The notes: generated by a model from the letters alone, not told the origin. A DNA stretch of 64,000 bases from an uncultured Thermoleophilia bacterium (GCA_963795195.1 CAWCGU010000003.1:83354-147353); one strand, 5' to 3'; shown: positions 18,753-27,614, numbered from the stretch's first letter. Numbers and translations: made by a program.

Positions 18753-19339
18753 AGCCGCTCGTCCTCAGCGACACGCTCGCGACCGTCACGTTCTACGCCT
18801 GCATCGCCGGCTTCACAATTACGGAGATCTCCCTCGCCATCCGCACCACCGGCCGCGGCAACGAGTCCGATCGCAGCCACATCCCCCTTTTCATCGCTTC
18901 GATCGCCGGATTCGTGCTTGCCGTCGTCATCGCCGCCAACCTCGAGCAGCTCTCGTTGCCGGGGGGGCAGACGTGGCCGGTCGTCGCGGGCTTGGCGATT
19001 TTCGCCGCCGGCGCGGCCTTCCGGTACTGGGCGATCTGGACCTGTGGACGGTTCTTCGTATTCGTCCTGGAGGTGCAGGACGACCACAGGGTGATCGACA
19101 CCGGTCCGTACGCGATCGTCCGGCATCCCAGCTACCTGGGTCTGCTGACCGCGATTTTCGGTCTCGGGCTCGCCTACGACAACTGGCTTTCGCTCGCCGT
19201 CTGCTTCCTGCCGCCGCTGCTCGGGTTCATGCGCAGAATCCTGCTCGAGGAGCGCTTCCTCAACAAGGAGCTGGGCGCGCCCTACGCCGACTACTGTGCC
19301 CGCACCCGTCGCCTGATCCCCGGACTCTGGATCATCTAG
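18749..19339 (+). CDS. isoprenylcysteine carboxyl methyltransferase (ICMT/PEMT-like) family membrane protein
   Basis: RHPSYLGLL motif and the C-terminal EERFL. ATGA overlap with the FHA gene. Confidence 0.75.
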   Translation: MKPLVLSDTLATVTFYACIAGFTITEISLAIRTTGRGNESDRSHIPLFIASIAGFVLAVVIAANLEQLSLPGGQTWPVVAGLAIFAAGAAFRYWAIWTCGRFFVFVLEVQDDHRVIDTGPYAIVRHPSYLGLLTAIFGLGLAYDNWLSLAVCFLPPLLGFMRRILLEERFLNKELGAPYADYCARTRRLIPGLWII

Positions 19340-19377
19340 TCTCGCACTCGGCAGACAACCCCAAGGAGGTCCGTGGA

Positions 19378-20175
19378 GTGAGCACCGAAGAACGCGTTCA
19401 GATCGAGGTCACAGACGGTGTAGCTGATGTGCGCATGGTGCGGGGGGCCAAGCACAACGGACTTGACTGGCCGATGTTCGAGGCGCTCAACGGTGCGATC
19501 GATCAACTGCGCGATTCCAGCGACGTGCGAGTCGTGGTCCTCTCGGGCGAGGGTCCCAGCTTCTGCGCAGGACTCGACTTCGCCAGCTTCATGGCCGCCG
19601 GGATGAGCCCCGGCGAGGGATTTGCCAAAGCGGACGGCGAGGTCGCAAACGTCGCCCAGAGAGTCGCTTTCGGCTGGCGCCAGCTTCCGATGCCTGTGAT
19701 CGGCGCGCTGCACGGCAACTGCCTCGGGGGCGGCCTTCAGATCGCGCTCGGCACCGACATCCGCATCGCGGCGCCCAGCCTGCGGATGTCGGTCATGGAG
19801 ATCAAGTACGGGCTCGTCCCCGACATGAGCATCACCCAGACGATCTCGAAGCTGGCTCGAATCGACATCGCCAAGGAGCTGACGTTCACAGGGCGCGTCA
19901 TCGAGGGCGACGAGGCGCTGGAGCTGGGTCTCGTCACCCGGCTTGCCGACGATCCGCTGGCTGCGGCCAACGAGCTGGCCGCCGAGATCGCGTCGAAGTC
20001 GCCTGACGCGATCCGCGCCGGCAAGCGGCTCCTCAACGAGGCCTGGCTGGCCAGCCCCGAGGAGGGGCTTGCGCTCGAAGCCGAGGAGCAGCGCGCGTTG
20101 CTCGGCTCGCCCAATCAGATGGCCGCCGTGCAGGCCGCCCTCAGCGGCCAGCCCGCGCGCTTCGAAACGGTCTGA
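19378..20175 (+). CDS. enoyl-CoA hydratase/crotonase family protein
   Basis: Crotonase fold (GEGPSFCAGLDF, GNCLGGGLQIALGTD). The GTG at 19378 lies 8 nt after AAGGAGG. The upstream part of the track ORF is not protein-like. Confidence 0.85.
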   Translation: MSTEERVQIEVTDGVADVRMVRGAKHNGLDWPMFEALNGAIDQLRDSSDVRVVVLSGEGPSFCAGLDFASFMAAGMSPGEGFAKADGEVANVAQRVAFGWRQLPMPVIGALHGNCLGGGLQIALGTDIRIAAPSLRMSVMEIKYGLVPDMSITQTISKLARIDIAKELTFTGRVIEGDEALELGLVTRLADDPLAAANELAAEIASKSPDAIRAGKRLLNEAWLASPEEGLALEAEEQRALLGSPNQMAAVQAALSGQPARFETV

Positions 20176-20191
20176 CTAGGACCTGTCTCGC

Positions 20192-20542
20192 TTATTCCTT
20201 GACGACGACCTTGCCGGTCATCCCCAGACTCTCGTGCGGGATGCAGTAGTACTTGAAGGTGCCGACGGCTCCGAACCGCTTCGAAACCGTTCCGCCCGTC
20301 CGCAGGGCCTTGTTGAAGGGGCCCTTGCGCATGGTTACGGTGTGGGTGCCCTCGACACCCTCCCAGGTCACCTTCTGACCGGGTGCGATCCTCACGGTTT
20401 TCGGCGCGAAGGTCTGAGCGAGCGCATCGACCTTCTTCGCCGGAAGCGCGCCGGCGGAACCGCCGCTGAAAACGACCGCAAGCGAACACGTTGCGGCCGC
20501 AAGCAAGAACCTCTTCATCTCAATCCCTCCCTTGGTTGCCAT
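20192..20542 (-). CDS. cupredoxin (plastocyanin/azurin-like blue copper protein)
   Basis: Signal peptide. Copper ligand pattern YYCIPHESLGM near the C-terminus. The start could be the internal Met at 20518. Confidence 0.8.
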   Translation of the reverse strand: MATKGGIEMKRFLLAAATCSLAVVFSGGSAGALPAKKVDALAQTFAPKTVRIAPGQKVTWEGVEGTHTVTMRKGPFNKALRTGGTVSKRFGAVGTFKYYCIPHESLGMTGKVVVKE

Positions 20543-20662
20543 AGGCGCGACTATAACGCTCGCGGGGCTTCACAAGCCCCAGAGCATTGATATCGTCGCG
20601 CGCTTCAGCAGTCAGTTCGAGTCTCAAGCCCTTGTCCGGAAGGCAGGGCGGGAAGGTGAGTC

Positions 20663-20866
20663 ATGCCGACCGGAGTTGTCAAGTGGTTCAGTGACGAAAA
20701 GGGCTACGGCTTCATCACGCCGGACGAGGGCGATACGGATCTCTTCGTCCACCACAGCGGAATCATCGCCGAAGGCCGGCGCTCCCTCGAAGAGGGCGCC
20801 CGGGTCTCCTATGAGACCGAGGCCGGAGACAAGGGTCCGCGGGCGGTGAACGTCCAGGCGCAGTAG
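20663..20866 (+). CDS. cspA: cold-shock protein
   Basis: 67 aa with the RNP1/RNP2 motifs KGYGFI and LFVHH. GGAAGG lies upstream. Confidence 0.95.
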   Translation: MPTGVVKWFSDEKGYGFITPDEGDTDLFVHHSGIIAEGRRSLEEGARVSYETEAGDKGPRAVNVQAQ

Positions 20867-20904
20867 AACGGGCCTCCACAGGCCTTTCAAAGAGTGGCGG
20901 TCAG

Positions 20905-21351
20905 TCAGTCGCGGACGAGCTCGCCGCGGCTTTCGACGCCGCCGCCGCTGAAGGAGTAGTCGAGTTTGTTCGGCCCTTTGGGGGAGAGGGTGACGGTGCC
21001 GGTCCCTTTGCATTTGTCGCCTTCGCCGGCGTCGATGACTTCTTCGAAGACGAAGGAATCGTCCGAGGCTTCTTCGTATGACCAGGTGCCTGAGCAGTCG
21101 ATGACCGTGTAGCTGACGCTGTTATCGCGGGCGCTGGAGAGCGAGCGGATTTCGGCGCGTACTTCGAACGAGCCGAGGCCGAGTTGGTGCAGGGTTCCGC
21201 TCCAGCCCCCCGCGATGTCGAATCCCGCGGTCGCCGTTTTGCCCGCGTTGCCGACGTCCTCGTTGCCGGAATCCTCACCACAGCCCGCACTGGCGAGCAT
21301 GGCGGCGGCGAGCAGGGCGACGAGGATGCTTGTGGTCCGATTCGCCATCAC
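20905..21351 (-). CDS. hypothetical lipoprotein
   Basis: Lipobox LASAGC after a hydrophobic signal. No domain recognised. Confidence 0.6.
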   Translation of the reverse strand: MMANRTTSILVALLAAAMLASAGCGEDSGNEDVGNAGKTATAGFDIAGGWSGTLHQLGLGSFEVRAEIRSLSSARDNSVSYTVIDCSGTWSYEEASDDSFVFEEVIDAGEGDKCKGTGTVTLSPKGPNKLDYSFSGGGVESRGELVRD

Positions 21352-21382
21352 CGCGAAATCGTAAGGGTGGAGGCCGCCGCCA

Positions 21383-22669
21383 TCAACGCCTCTGCGCCCG
21401 GCGGTCGGTTCGCCGGTCGAGGGCCGAGAAGCCGCCGATCAGGCCGCGGGCGATCGCTGTCAGCAGCGGCTCCGGAGGCAGGGGCAGACGACGTCGTTCG
21501 ACCAGCTCCGCGGGACCCAGGTTCTCGCCGAGCGCCATCTCCGCGAGTCGGTGGCCCGCGTAGCTCGCGAGCGCGACTCCATGGCCGGCGTAGCCGACGG
21601 AGTAGAGCAGCCCGGGGTGGCGCCGAGATCGGCCGATTGCCGGCAGGAAGTCGAGTGTGATTGCGATCGGACCCGACCAAAAGCGCTCGAGCGCCAAATC
21701 GCGCAGTTCCGGGAAGCGGTCGCGGAACATTCCCTCGAGATTCGCGAACACCGCCGGATCCTCGTCCGCGGGAATGCGCCCCCCTGACCCGAAGCGGATG
21801 TGGCGGGAGCCACCGACGATGCGGTTGTCCGCTGTCAGCCGGTAGCTCTCGAGAATCTCGTGGGCGGTGTAGACGCCCTCGCGGCCATCCCAGCCGACCT
21901 CCGCCAGCTGTGTGTCGGTCAGCGGCGCGGTGGCGAACAGGGAGACGGAGATCGGCGCCACGACCGGGCCGATTGTTCCGAGCTCCGGGGTGTAGGCGTT
22001 CGTTGCCACGAGCGCCCGTGACGCCCGCACCGAGCCCCGGGGCGTCTCAACGCGCACGGGGGTGCCGCCGTCGATTGCCGTGACGCGTGAGCCCTCGTGG
22101 AGATGCGCACCGCGTGAGCGCACCGCATCGCGCAGGCCGCGCACGTACTTGCCCGGATCGAGGATTCCGCCCCGCTCCTCCAGGTAGCCGCAACAGAATG
22201 CGCGCGGAAGCCCGCGATCCTCGAGGTCCGCCGCGGTCAGCAACTTCAGAGATGCGCCGAGCTCTCGTCCGGCGCCCGCCGCCCGCTCGAGTGACGCCGC
22301 CTGTCCGCGGTGGATGCCCGCGAGTACGTTGCCGACGGGTTCGTAGTCGCACCCGATTTCCAGGTCGGTGAGCACCGACTCGACATGCTCGATCGCCTTC
22401 TCCGCCAGGCGCACCAGCGCCCCGCCCCTCTCGCGGCCATAGAGTCGGAGCAGCGTGGGCAGGTCCTTGCCGATTGTCGGCGTCAGGTGGCCGGCGTTTC
22501 GGCCACTGGCGCCAAAGCCGGCGTAGTCACGCTCGAGCACGACCACGTCAGCGCCCGCTTCGCGCAGTCGCAGAGCGGCAGAAAGGCCGGTGTACCCGGC
22601 GCCGACGATCGCGTAGTCGGTTTCGATGTCCCCCTCGAGCGGTGGCGTGGCTGCTGGAGCCGGATCCAT
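21383..22669 (-). CDS. FAD-dependent oxidoreductase (DAO family)
   Basis: DYAIVGAGYTGLSAA Rossmann motif near the N-terminus when started at Met 22669. The 74 residues upstream in the track ORF are not protein-like. Confidence 0.8.
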   Translation of the reverse strand: MDPAPAATPPLEGDIETDYAIVGAGYTGLSAALRLREAGADVVVLERDYAGFGASGRNAGHLTPTIGKDLPTLLRLYGRERGGALVRLAEKAIEHVESVLTDLEIGCDYEPVGNVLAGIHRGQAASLERAAGAGRELGASLKLLTAADLEDRGLPRAFCCGYLEERGGILDPGKYVRGLRDAVRSRGAHLHEGSRVTAIDGGTPVRVETPRGSVRASRALVATNAYTPELGTIGPVVAPISVSLFATAPLTDTQLAEVGWDGREGVYTAHEILESYRLTADNRIVGGSRHIRFGSGGRIPADEDPAVFANLEGMFRDRFPELRDLALERFWSGPIAITLDFLPAIGRSRRHPGLLYSVGYAGHGVALASYAGHRLAEMALGENLGPAELVERRRLPLPPEPLLTAIARGLIGGFSALDRRTDRRAQRR

Positions 22670-22760
22670 CCAGTGGCTCGGGGGTCTGGCGACGCTGGGC
22701 ACGATCGGAAGGTTATGCTGGGGCCTGTAGGGGCGGCCCGATGGCGGGTAGTAGTGAGCT

Positions 22761-22788
22761 TTGCCACGTTTGGACCGCTGTGAATAAT
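22761..22788 (+). promoter_or_regulatory. candidate sigma70-type promoter (TTGCCA-N16-AATAAT, TGTG just upstream of the -10)
   Basis: Hexamers read directly from the sequence. This is an AT-rich island in an otherwise GC-rich intergenic region. Confidence 0.4.
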
Positions 22789-22891
22789 CACTCGGCGGCC
22801 GGGTAGATGAGCGGTGTCCCCCCTCTGCCCCAAAGCTCGCTACTGCGAGCCGAGGGCAGCCCAGGCCCGCGCCTTGGCGCGTGGCTCCCAT

Positions 22892-22935
22892 GGAGAGCGG
22901 TACCCGTCGCCCCGGGGCCGCTCTCCTCCTTTTTG
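22892..22935 (+). terminator. intrinsic terminator-like hairpin (GGAGAGCGG ... CCGCTCTCC + TCCTTTTTG)
   Basis: 9-bp perfect stem followed by a T-run on the plus strand only. It lies 29 nt upstream of the GNAT start. Confidence 0.55.
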
Positions 22936-22963
22936 TGGGTTGTTTCGTAGAGTGCCTCAGCGA

Positions 22964-23410
22964 ATGACGGTCAGGTCAGCCGAGGAATCGGATCTCGCCG
23001 CGCTCGCCACATTGATGCGCGGCTATTGCGACTTCTACGAGGCTTCGCCGCCCGACGAGAAGCTCGCCGAGATGGCCGCGGCGTTGATCGCCTGTCCCGA
23101 CTCGGATGGATTGCTGCTGGTCGCCGCGGACGACCTGGGAGAGGCCGTCGGCTTCGCGGCGGTCGGGTGGAAGTGGTCCAGCCTGCGCGGAGCGCGGGTC
23201 GCGGTGCTGGAGGACCTGTTCGTCGCGCCGGAGTCCCGCGGCGCCGGCCACGCCGACGCCTTGATCACCGCCTGTGCCGACAGGGTCCGCGAGCTGGGGG
23301 CCCCGGCGATGCTCTGGGTGACGGCCCACGACAACAAGCGCGCCCAGGCGGTCTACGACCGCTCCGGGGCTACGGGCGCGAGCTGGCTGGAGTACGAGCT
23401 GGAGCTATAG
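22964..23410 (+). CDS. GNAT-family N-acetyltransferase
   Basis: 148 aa from the ATG at 22964. Acetyl-CoA motif region VAPESRGAGHADALI. Confidence 0.8.
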   Translation: MTVRSAEESDLAALATLMRGYCDFYEASPPDEKLAEMAAALIACPDSDGLLLVAADDLGEAVGFAAVGWKWSSLRGARVAVLEDLFVAPESRGAGHADALITACADRVRELGAPAMLWVTAHDNKRAQAVYDRSGATGASWLEYELEL

Positions 23411-23444
23411 GGCCGGGCCTGGTCGAGCCGCTGTGCGGTTCAGC

Positions 23445-24026
23445 TCACCTCGGACCGGGGCCGAGCAAGTCCGACCGAATCCCGCTCGCCATCCGGCGCT
23501 GGGTTGCCAGCCGCTCAAGCACCACCGCGGTATCGGCTATCGCCACACCCGTCAGAAATTCGTCTCGGCCCTCGAAGCCGGCGAGTACCGCGGTGAGCGC
23601 GGCTCGGTAGCCACCTTGGTCGCCATTCGCGATCGTGATGATCGCCTCAGCCGTCGCGGCGAAGGCCTCGCCGCCGTCCGCCATCGCGGCCGCGGCAGCT
23701 GCCGCCAGTTCGTCGTCAGCGTCGACCAGAGCGGCCAGCGCGACCGCGTAAGCCGAGGTGGGGGAGTCGAAATCGTCGCCGAGCTCGGCGCGCACGTAGG
23801 CGGCGGTTTCGGGGGCGTCCCCCGCCAGCACGCTTGCCTTGAGCGCGCCGACCAGCCGGCCGAACGCCCGGCCAGGGGCTCCCTCCCAGGAACGCCGGTA
23901 GAGGTCAGCGACGGTTGCGTAGCCCGCCGCGGCCTTCGCTCGATGCCCGCCCAGCAGGTGTCGCTGCGCCTCGGCTTCCGCCGCCAGCGCGTCCCGCAAG
24001 AGCTGCTGGTGCTCTGGAAGGGCCAT
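23445..24026 (-). CDS. hypothetical all-alpha protein
   Basis: Ala/Leu-rich ORF with coding-like composition. I chose the start at Met 24026, which is divergent from bcp. No domain recognised. Confidence 0.5.
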   Translation of the reverse strand: MALPEHQQLLRDALAAEAEAQRHLLGGHRAKAAAGYATVADLYRRSWEGAPGRAFGRLVGALKASVLAGDAPETAAYVRAELGDDFDSPTSAYAVALAALVDADDELAAAAAAAMADGGEAFAATAEAIITIANGDQGGYRAALTAVLAGFEGRDEFLTGVAIADTAVVLERLATQRRMASGIRSDLLGPGPR

Positions 24027-24054
24027 CGTGCGAGCGATCGTAGAATGCGCGCGG

Positions 24055-24516
24055 ATGGTCGAGCCCGGCGAGAGCGCACCCGACTTCACCCTCGCCGATC
24101 AGGACGGCGGGGAGGTCAGCCTCGCGGCCCTGCGCGGCAGGAAGGTAGTCCTCTACTTCTACCCGCGAGCCGACACGCCGGGCTGTACCACGCAGGCCTG
24201 CGGGGTCCGCGATCACGAGGCTGACTATGCCAAGGCGGGTGCCGTGGTGCTCGGCGTTTCGCCCGATCCAGTGGCCAAGGTGAAGCGCTTCCACGACAAG
24301 CAGGAACTCAACTTCACGCTGCTGGCCGATCCTGATCACGCGATCGCCGACCGCTACGGCGTTTGGGTGGAAAAGCAGATGGCGGGCCGCACCTATTGGG
24401 GCAACGAACGCACGACGTTCGTGATCGGCGCGGACGGCGTCGTCGCGGAGCGTCTGAGGCGCGTCAAGCCCGCGGAGCACGACGAGCGCGTGCTCGCCGC
24501 CCTGGCTTCGGCGTGA
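24055..24516 (+). CDS. bcp: thioredoxin-dependent thiol peroxidase (bacterioferritin comigratory protein)
   Basis: APDFTL ... YFYPRADTPGCTTQAC peroxiredoxin active site. Confidence 0.9.
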   Translation: MVEPGESAPDFTLADQDGGEVSLAALRGRKVVLYFYPRADTPGCTTQACGVRDHEADYAKAGAVVLGVSPDPVAKVKRFHDKQELNFTLLADPDHAIADRYGVWVEKQMAGRTYWGNERTTFVIGADGVVAERLRRVKPAEHDERVLAALASA

Positions 24517-24944
24517 ATGACGAACCGCAGGTGCGGGCCGCCGGCGGTGTCGTTCTGAGGGAGGCGGAAGGCGGTGGGGTCGAGGTCGCCGTCGTCCACC
24601 GGCCGCGTTACGACGACTGGTCGCTGCCCAAGGGCAAGCTCGACCCGGGTGAGAGCTGGGAGGAGGCGGCCCTGCGTGAGGTCGAGGAGGAGACCGGGAT
24701 GCGCTGCAGTCTCGGTTCCGAGCTCCCCGAGGCGATCTACACGGATGCGAAGGGTCGCCTCAAGCTGGTGCGCTACTGGCTGATGTACGAAGACGAGGAC
24801 GAGGCCGAGGACGAGGCGGAGTTCGTTGGGGGGGATGAGGTTGACGAGCTTGCCTGGCTCGCACCCGAGGCCGCGCAGGCGGCGCTCAGCTATCAGCGCG
24901 ATCGCGAACTACTGCAGGCCGCTCTCGATCAGGCGCGCGCTTAG
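24513..24944 (+). CDS. NUDIX hydrolase
   Basis: Nudix box GKLDPGESWEEAALREVEEETG. GTGA overlap with the bcp stop. Confidence 0.85.
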   Translation: MNDEPQVRAAGGVVLREAEGGGVEVAVVHRPRYDDWSLPKGKLDPGESWEEAALREVEEETGMRCSLGSELPEAIYTDAKGRLKLVRYWLMYEDEDEAEDEAEFVGGDEVDELAWLAPEAAQAALSYQRDRELLQAALDQARA

Positions 24945-25840
24945 CTCCAACGATCCCAGCGCTTGAGGTTTGACGTGACGGCCCCCGAGAACTGGCCGCC
25001 TTCGTACCAGCCGGGCTTCGTCCAAAGCTCGAAGTGCAGGTGGCAGGCGCTGGCGTTGCCGGTGTCCCCGACCTCGCCGAGGCGCTCGCCCGTCTTGACG
25101 CGCTGGCCCTCGCGGAAGCGTGGCGACCTCTGCAGGTGCATGTAGACGTAGTCGTAGCGCGACTGCTTGCCGTCGATGACGATGTAGTGACCGCCGCCGG
25201 AGCCGTCGTAGCCGGCCGCCTGGACCTTGCCGCCGTGTGCGGCGACCAGCGGCGTTCCGCAGTTGGCCATCACGTCCTGGCCGCGATGCCCGCGACCGGC
25301 GCCGATGCCGTCGCCGTATGTGTGGCGACCGCGGATCGGAAACTTGTTGGCGTAGAAGGCGGCATCCGGCTTGCCCTCGGCGCGCGACCCATCGGCGGCC
25401 ACGCCATCGGGGGTGACGATGCGGAAGCGATACTCGCCCTGCGCCGCCATCGCGCCGGCGTTCGTGCGCCCGCCCCATGAGACAGCGTGTTGCTGTTTCG
25501 GCGTGACGTTGTTCCGGTTGAACGTGGCAACGACCTGACGGGAGGCCTTGCTGACGACCTCGATCTCGAGGTCACGCGTCGCGTTGCCGCCGATCGCGTA
25601 GCGGAAGACTGCGGGGGAACCCAGCAGGTAGGCCTTGCGGGGGCGTGCGTTGGAAAGCGTCAACTCGACGGTTCCGCCCGGGTCGGGCGTGGCGCCGGCG
25701 GCGCCGCCGGCGGATCCGCCCTGCGTGGGCGTGTCGCTGGGCGTTGTCGTGCCGATGCCGCCGTTGCCCTGGGCGTGGGCGGTCCCCACGGCGAGCGCCA
25801 TGGCTGTGAGCGTAAGGCTGATCAGGATGCTGATGCGCAC
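24941..25840 (-). CDS. secreted M23-family metallopeptidase
   Basis: Signal peptide. HRGQD (HxxxD) and HLHFE (HxH) zinc motifs. Confidence 0.85.
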   Translation of the reverse strand: MRISILISLTLTAMALAVGTAHAQGNGGIGTTTPSDTPTQGGSAGGAAGATPDPGGTVELTLSNARPRKAYLLGSPAVFRYAIGGNATRDLEIEVVSKASRQVVATFNRNNVTPKQQHAVSWGGRTNAGAMAAQGEYRFRIVTPDGVAADGSRAEGKPDAAFYANKFPIRGRHTYGDGIGAGRGHRGQDVMANCGTPLVAAHGGKVQAAGYDGSGGGHYIVIDGKQSRYDYVYMHLQRSPRFREGQRVKTGERLGEVGDTGNASACHLHFELWTKPGWYEGGQFSGAVTSNLKRWDRWS

Positions 25841-25861
25841 GGACGTGCGTCCTCTCTTTCT

Positions 25862-25990
25862 CGTGCCTACGGGGTTAGCTGACGGGCTCGCGCCGAAAGA
25901 GCGGCGCTACGGGCCGAGCGGCCCGATTAGCCCCAGGGCGCCCGCGCATGCGGGTGGCCCAAGTGGTTCCCCCGATCCCTCAGGCGTGCC
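25862..25990 (-). promoter_or_regulatory. ydaO/yuaA-type riboswitch (c-di-AMP class) in the M23 peptidase leader
   Basis: The minus strand reads GCCUGAGGGAUC-GGGGGAACCAC ... GGGGCUAAUC-[GGGCC gcuc GGCCC]-[GCGCCG cucuuu CGGCGC]-GAGCCCGUCAGCUAACCCCGUAGGC. This matches the conserved blocks of the ydaO motif as I remember them from Bacillus and Thermoanaerobacter. It ends at the RBS GAAAGAGAGGA. Confidence 0.8.
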
Positions 25991-26011
25991 TGGGGGACTC
26001 GGCTGGTATTC

Positions 26012-26039
26012 ATATTAAGAAACCCTCACACAAGGCAAA
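26012..26039 (-). promoter_or_regulatory. candidate promoter for the riboswitch-M23 transcript (TTTGCC-N16-TAATAT)
   Basis: AT-rich island about 20 nt upstream of the riboswitch 5' end on the minus strand. Confidence 0.35.
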
Positions 26040-26103
26040 GGTTTCACCTACCTTAGCGACGAACGTCGGCGGATTCGCGGTCTTGGCCTATAGCCGACGC
26101 CTG

Positions 26104-26484
26104 TTATCCCAGAGGCTGGCGGCCTCCATAACCGGATTCGAGGTCGTGCCAGTGCCCGATCTCGTCCTCGCCGAGCTCCCAGCAGAGGTAGATCTCTTCG
26201 CCGTCGCGCAGCGAGGGAAAATCGATCAGGCCGCGGTCGACGTCGCGCAGCACGATGTCGGCTGCCTGAATCTGCTCGAGCAGGCCTCTGACGCGAAGGA
26301 AGGCTTCGCCGACCTGTCGCCCGGGTGTCCCGCCCCCATTGCCCGGCGCGGCCTCCCCGAGCAGTTCGTGCACCTCGGAGTCGACGAGTGAGTCGCGCGC
26401 GACCTGCAGTTCGCGCAACAGCGGCTCGAGCGTTTCGAGCATGCGATTTGCGGCGTCGAGGCTGTAATGGCGACGATGAACCAT
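26104..26484 (-). CDS. DUF2203-family protein
   Basis: 126 aa. The N-terminal helical part and the C-terminal GLIDFPS ... YLCW ... GHWHD pattern match my recollection of DUF2203. Confidence 0.7.
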   Translation of the reverse strand: MVHRRHYSLDAANRMLETLEPLLRELQVARDSLVDSEVHELLGEAAPGNGGGTPGRQVGEAFLRVRGLLEQIQAADIVLRDVDRGLIDFPSLRDGEEIYLCWELGEDEIGHWHDLESGYGGRQPLG

Positions 26485-26496
26485 GCGTTCGGTGTC

Positions 26497-27331
26497 TCAG
26501 CCTTCGACCGCAGGCACCCCCATACCTGCCGTCACCGAGCGCACAATCGCGGCGGCCTGGTCGGGCCGGGTTACGAGGCCGTCCTCGGCCTCCTCGACCC
26601 TGGCCTCCGGAAGCAACTCGGCGACGAGCCGCACCATGTCCTCGACAGACGGCCACCAGGGGCTGGCGGCGCCTGGAGAGGTCAGCACGATCAGCCGACT
26701 GCCGAGGCTGCGGGCCTCCTGAAACGGGTTATCGGTGATCCACGCGCGCAGACGGCCCACCGCGACATCCTGCGGCAGATACTCGGCCTGGGCGTCGATG
26801 CGTGCCTTCAGCTCGTCCTCGGACATCTGCGGATTGGCAGCGTCGAGCAGCGTTCTGAGGCCGCTCGCGTAGTAGTTCTCGAGGGTGTCGATGAGCGCGC
26901 CGACGACGGTGTCGGACCCCGCCATCGCGTCGACGTCGCGCAGCGAGTCCCGAGGCAGGGGAGCCGCTCCGGGCGCCAGCACGGCCGCGACCAGTTCCGG
27001 CCGGGCGGCCGCGACCCGGACGGCGCGATTGCAGCCGTCGGCGATGCCGACCACGACTGCGGGCCCGCTGCAAACCTGGTCGAGGACCGCCTCGAGGTCT
27101 GCCGGCTCCGGTTTCCATGTCGTGAGGACCGCGCCGCGTCGAGCGGCCCGTGCCTCGGCCGTCGAAGCTGATCACCGTGTGGTCCGTCGCCATCTCGTCC
27201 AAAAACGGCTGCACCGAGTCGGGCATGCCCATGAAATAGGGCGCGACCACGACCGCGGGCCCTTCGCCACGGCGTTCCCAGTGGATCTCCACCTGATCGG
27301 GGCGGAGCACGGTTCCGGAGTCCATCTGCAC
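26497..27331 (-). pseudogene. alpha/beta hydrolase interrupted by one frameshift (or a sequencing indel)
   Basis: The N-terminal part (ORF 26729..27331: HWERRGEGPAVVV ... FDGRGTGRS ... DMETGAG) continues in another frame (ORF 26497..27054, which extends upstream as DLEAVLDQVCSGPAVVVGIADG). The junction is at about 27100. Confidence 0.7.
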
Positions 27332-27374
27332 GATTATCGCGATCTGGGCGTGTCGGCCGGAGGCGGGAGCCGAT

Positions 27375-27614
27375 TCAGGCTTCGATCAGCTCTCGAGCCC
27401 GCCGGGCCAGGTGCGTAACGCCGAGCAGCTCGCCCGCCTCCGCGGCGGCGCTGAGCGCGGCGCCAGCGCCGCTGGAATCCTCGGCCTCGAGCAGCCGGCC
27501 GCCTCGCAGCAGTTCGCAGCGAGCCGCGTCGATCGGCCGCCCCAGCGCCTTCCACGCGTCACGCGCTTCGTCCAGCCTGGCCGCGCCCTCACTGGGGTCT
27601 CTCTGCAACGGCAC
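27375..27614 (-). CDS. C-terminal fragment of the cyclase-ATPase-TPR protein (third frame)
   Basis: 79-aa ORF overlapping the end of ORF 27589..29298. The sequence (EARDAWKALGRPIDAARCELL) reads as a continuation of the helical-repeat tail. Confidence 0.45.
   Translation of the reverse strand: MPLQRDPSEGAARLDEARDAWKALGRPIDAARCELLRGGRLLEAEDSSGAGAALSAAAEAGELLGVTHLARRARELIEA

Noticed and set aside
22795-22935. Leader upstream of the GNAT gene, or of the divergent DAO-family oxidase, tested by eye as a glycine, ZTP, SAH, fluoride or guanidine riboswitch.
   Set aside because: Only short chance similarities were found (GGAGAG, GGGGCA, GGACA). The ordered conserved cores of those classes are not present on either strand.
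22807-22950. 47-aa ORF (MSGVPPLPQSSLLRAEG...) inside the GNAT leader.
   Set aside because: It has no convincing ribosome-binding site, its composition is Pro/Leu/Gly-rich, and it spans the terminator hairpin. It is more likely a non-coding structured RNA.
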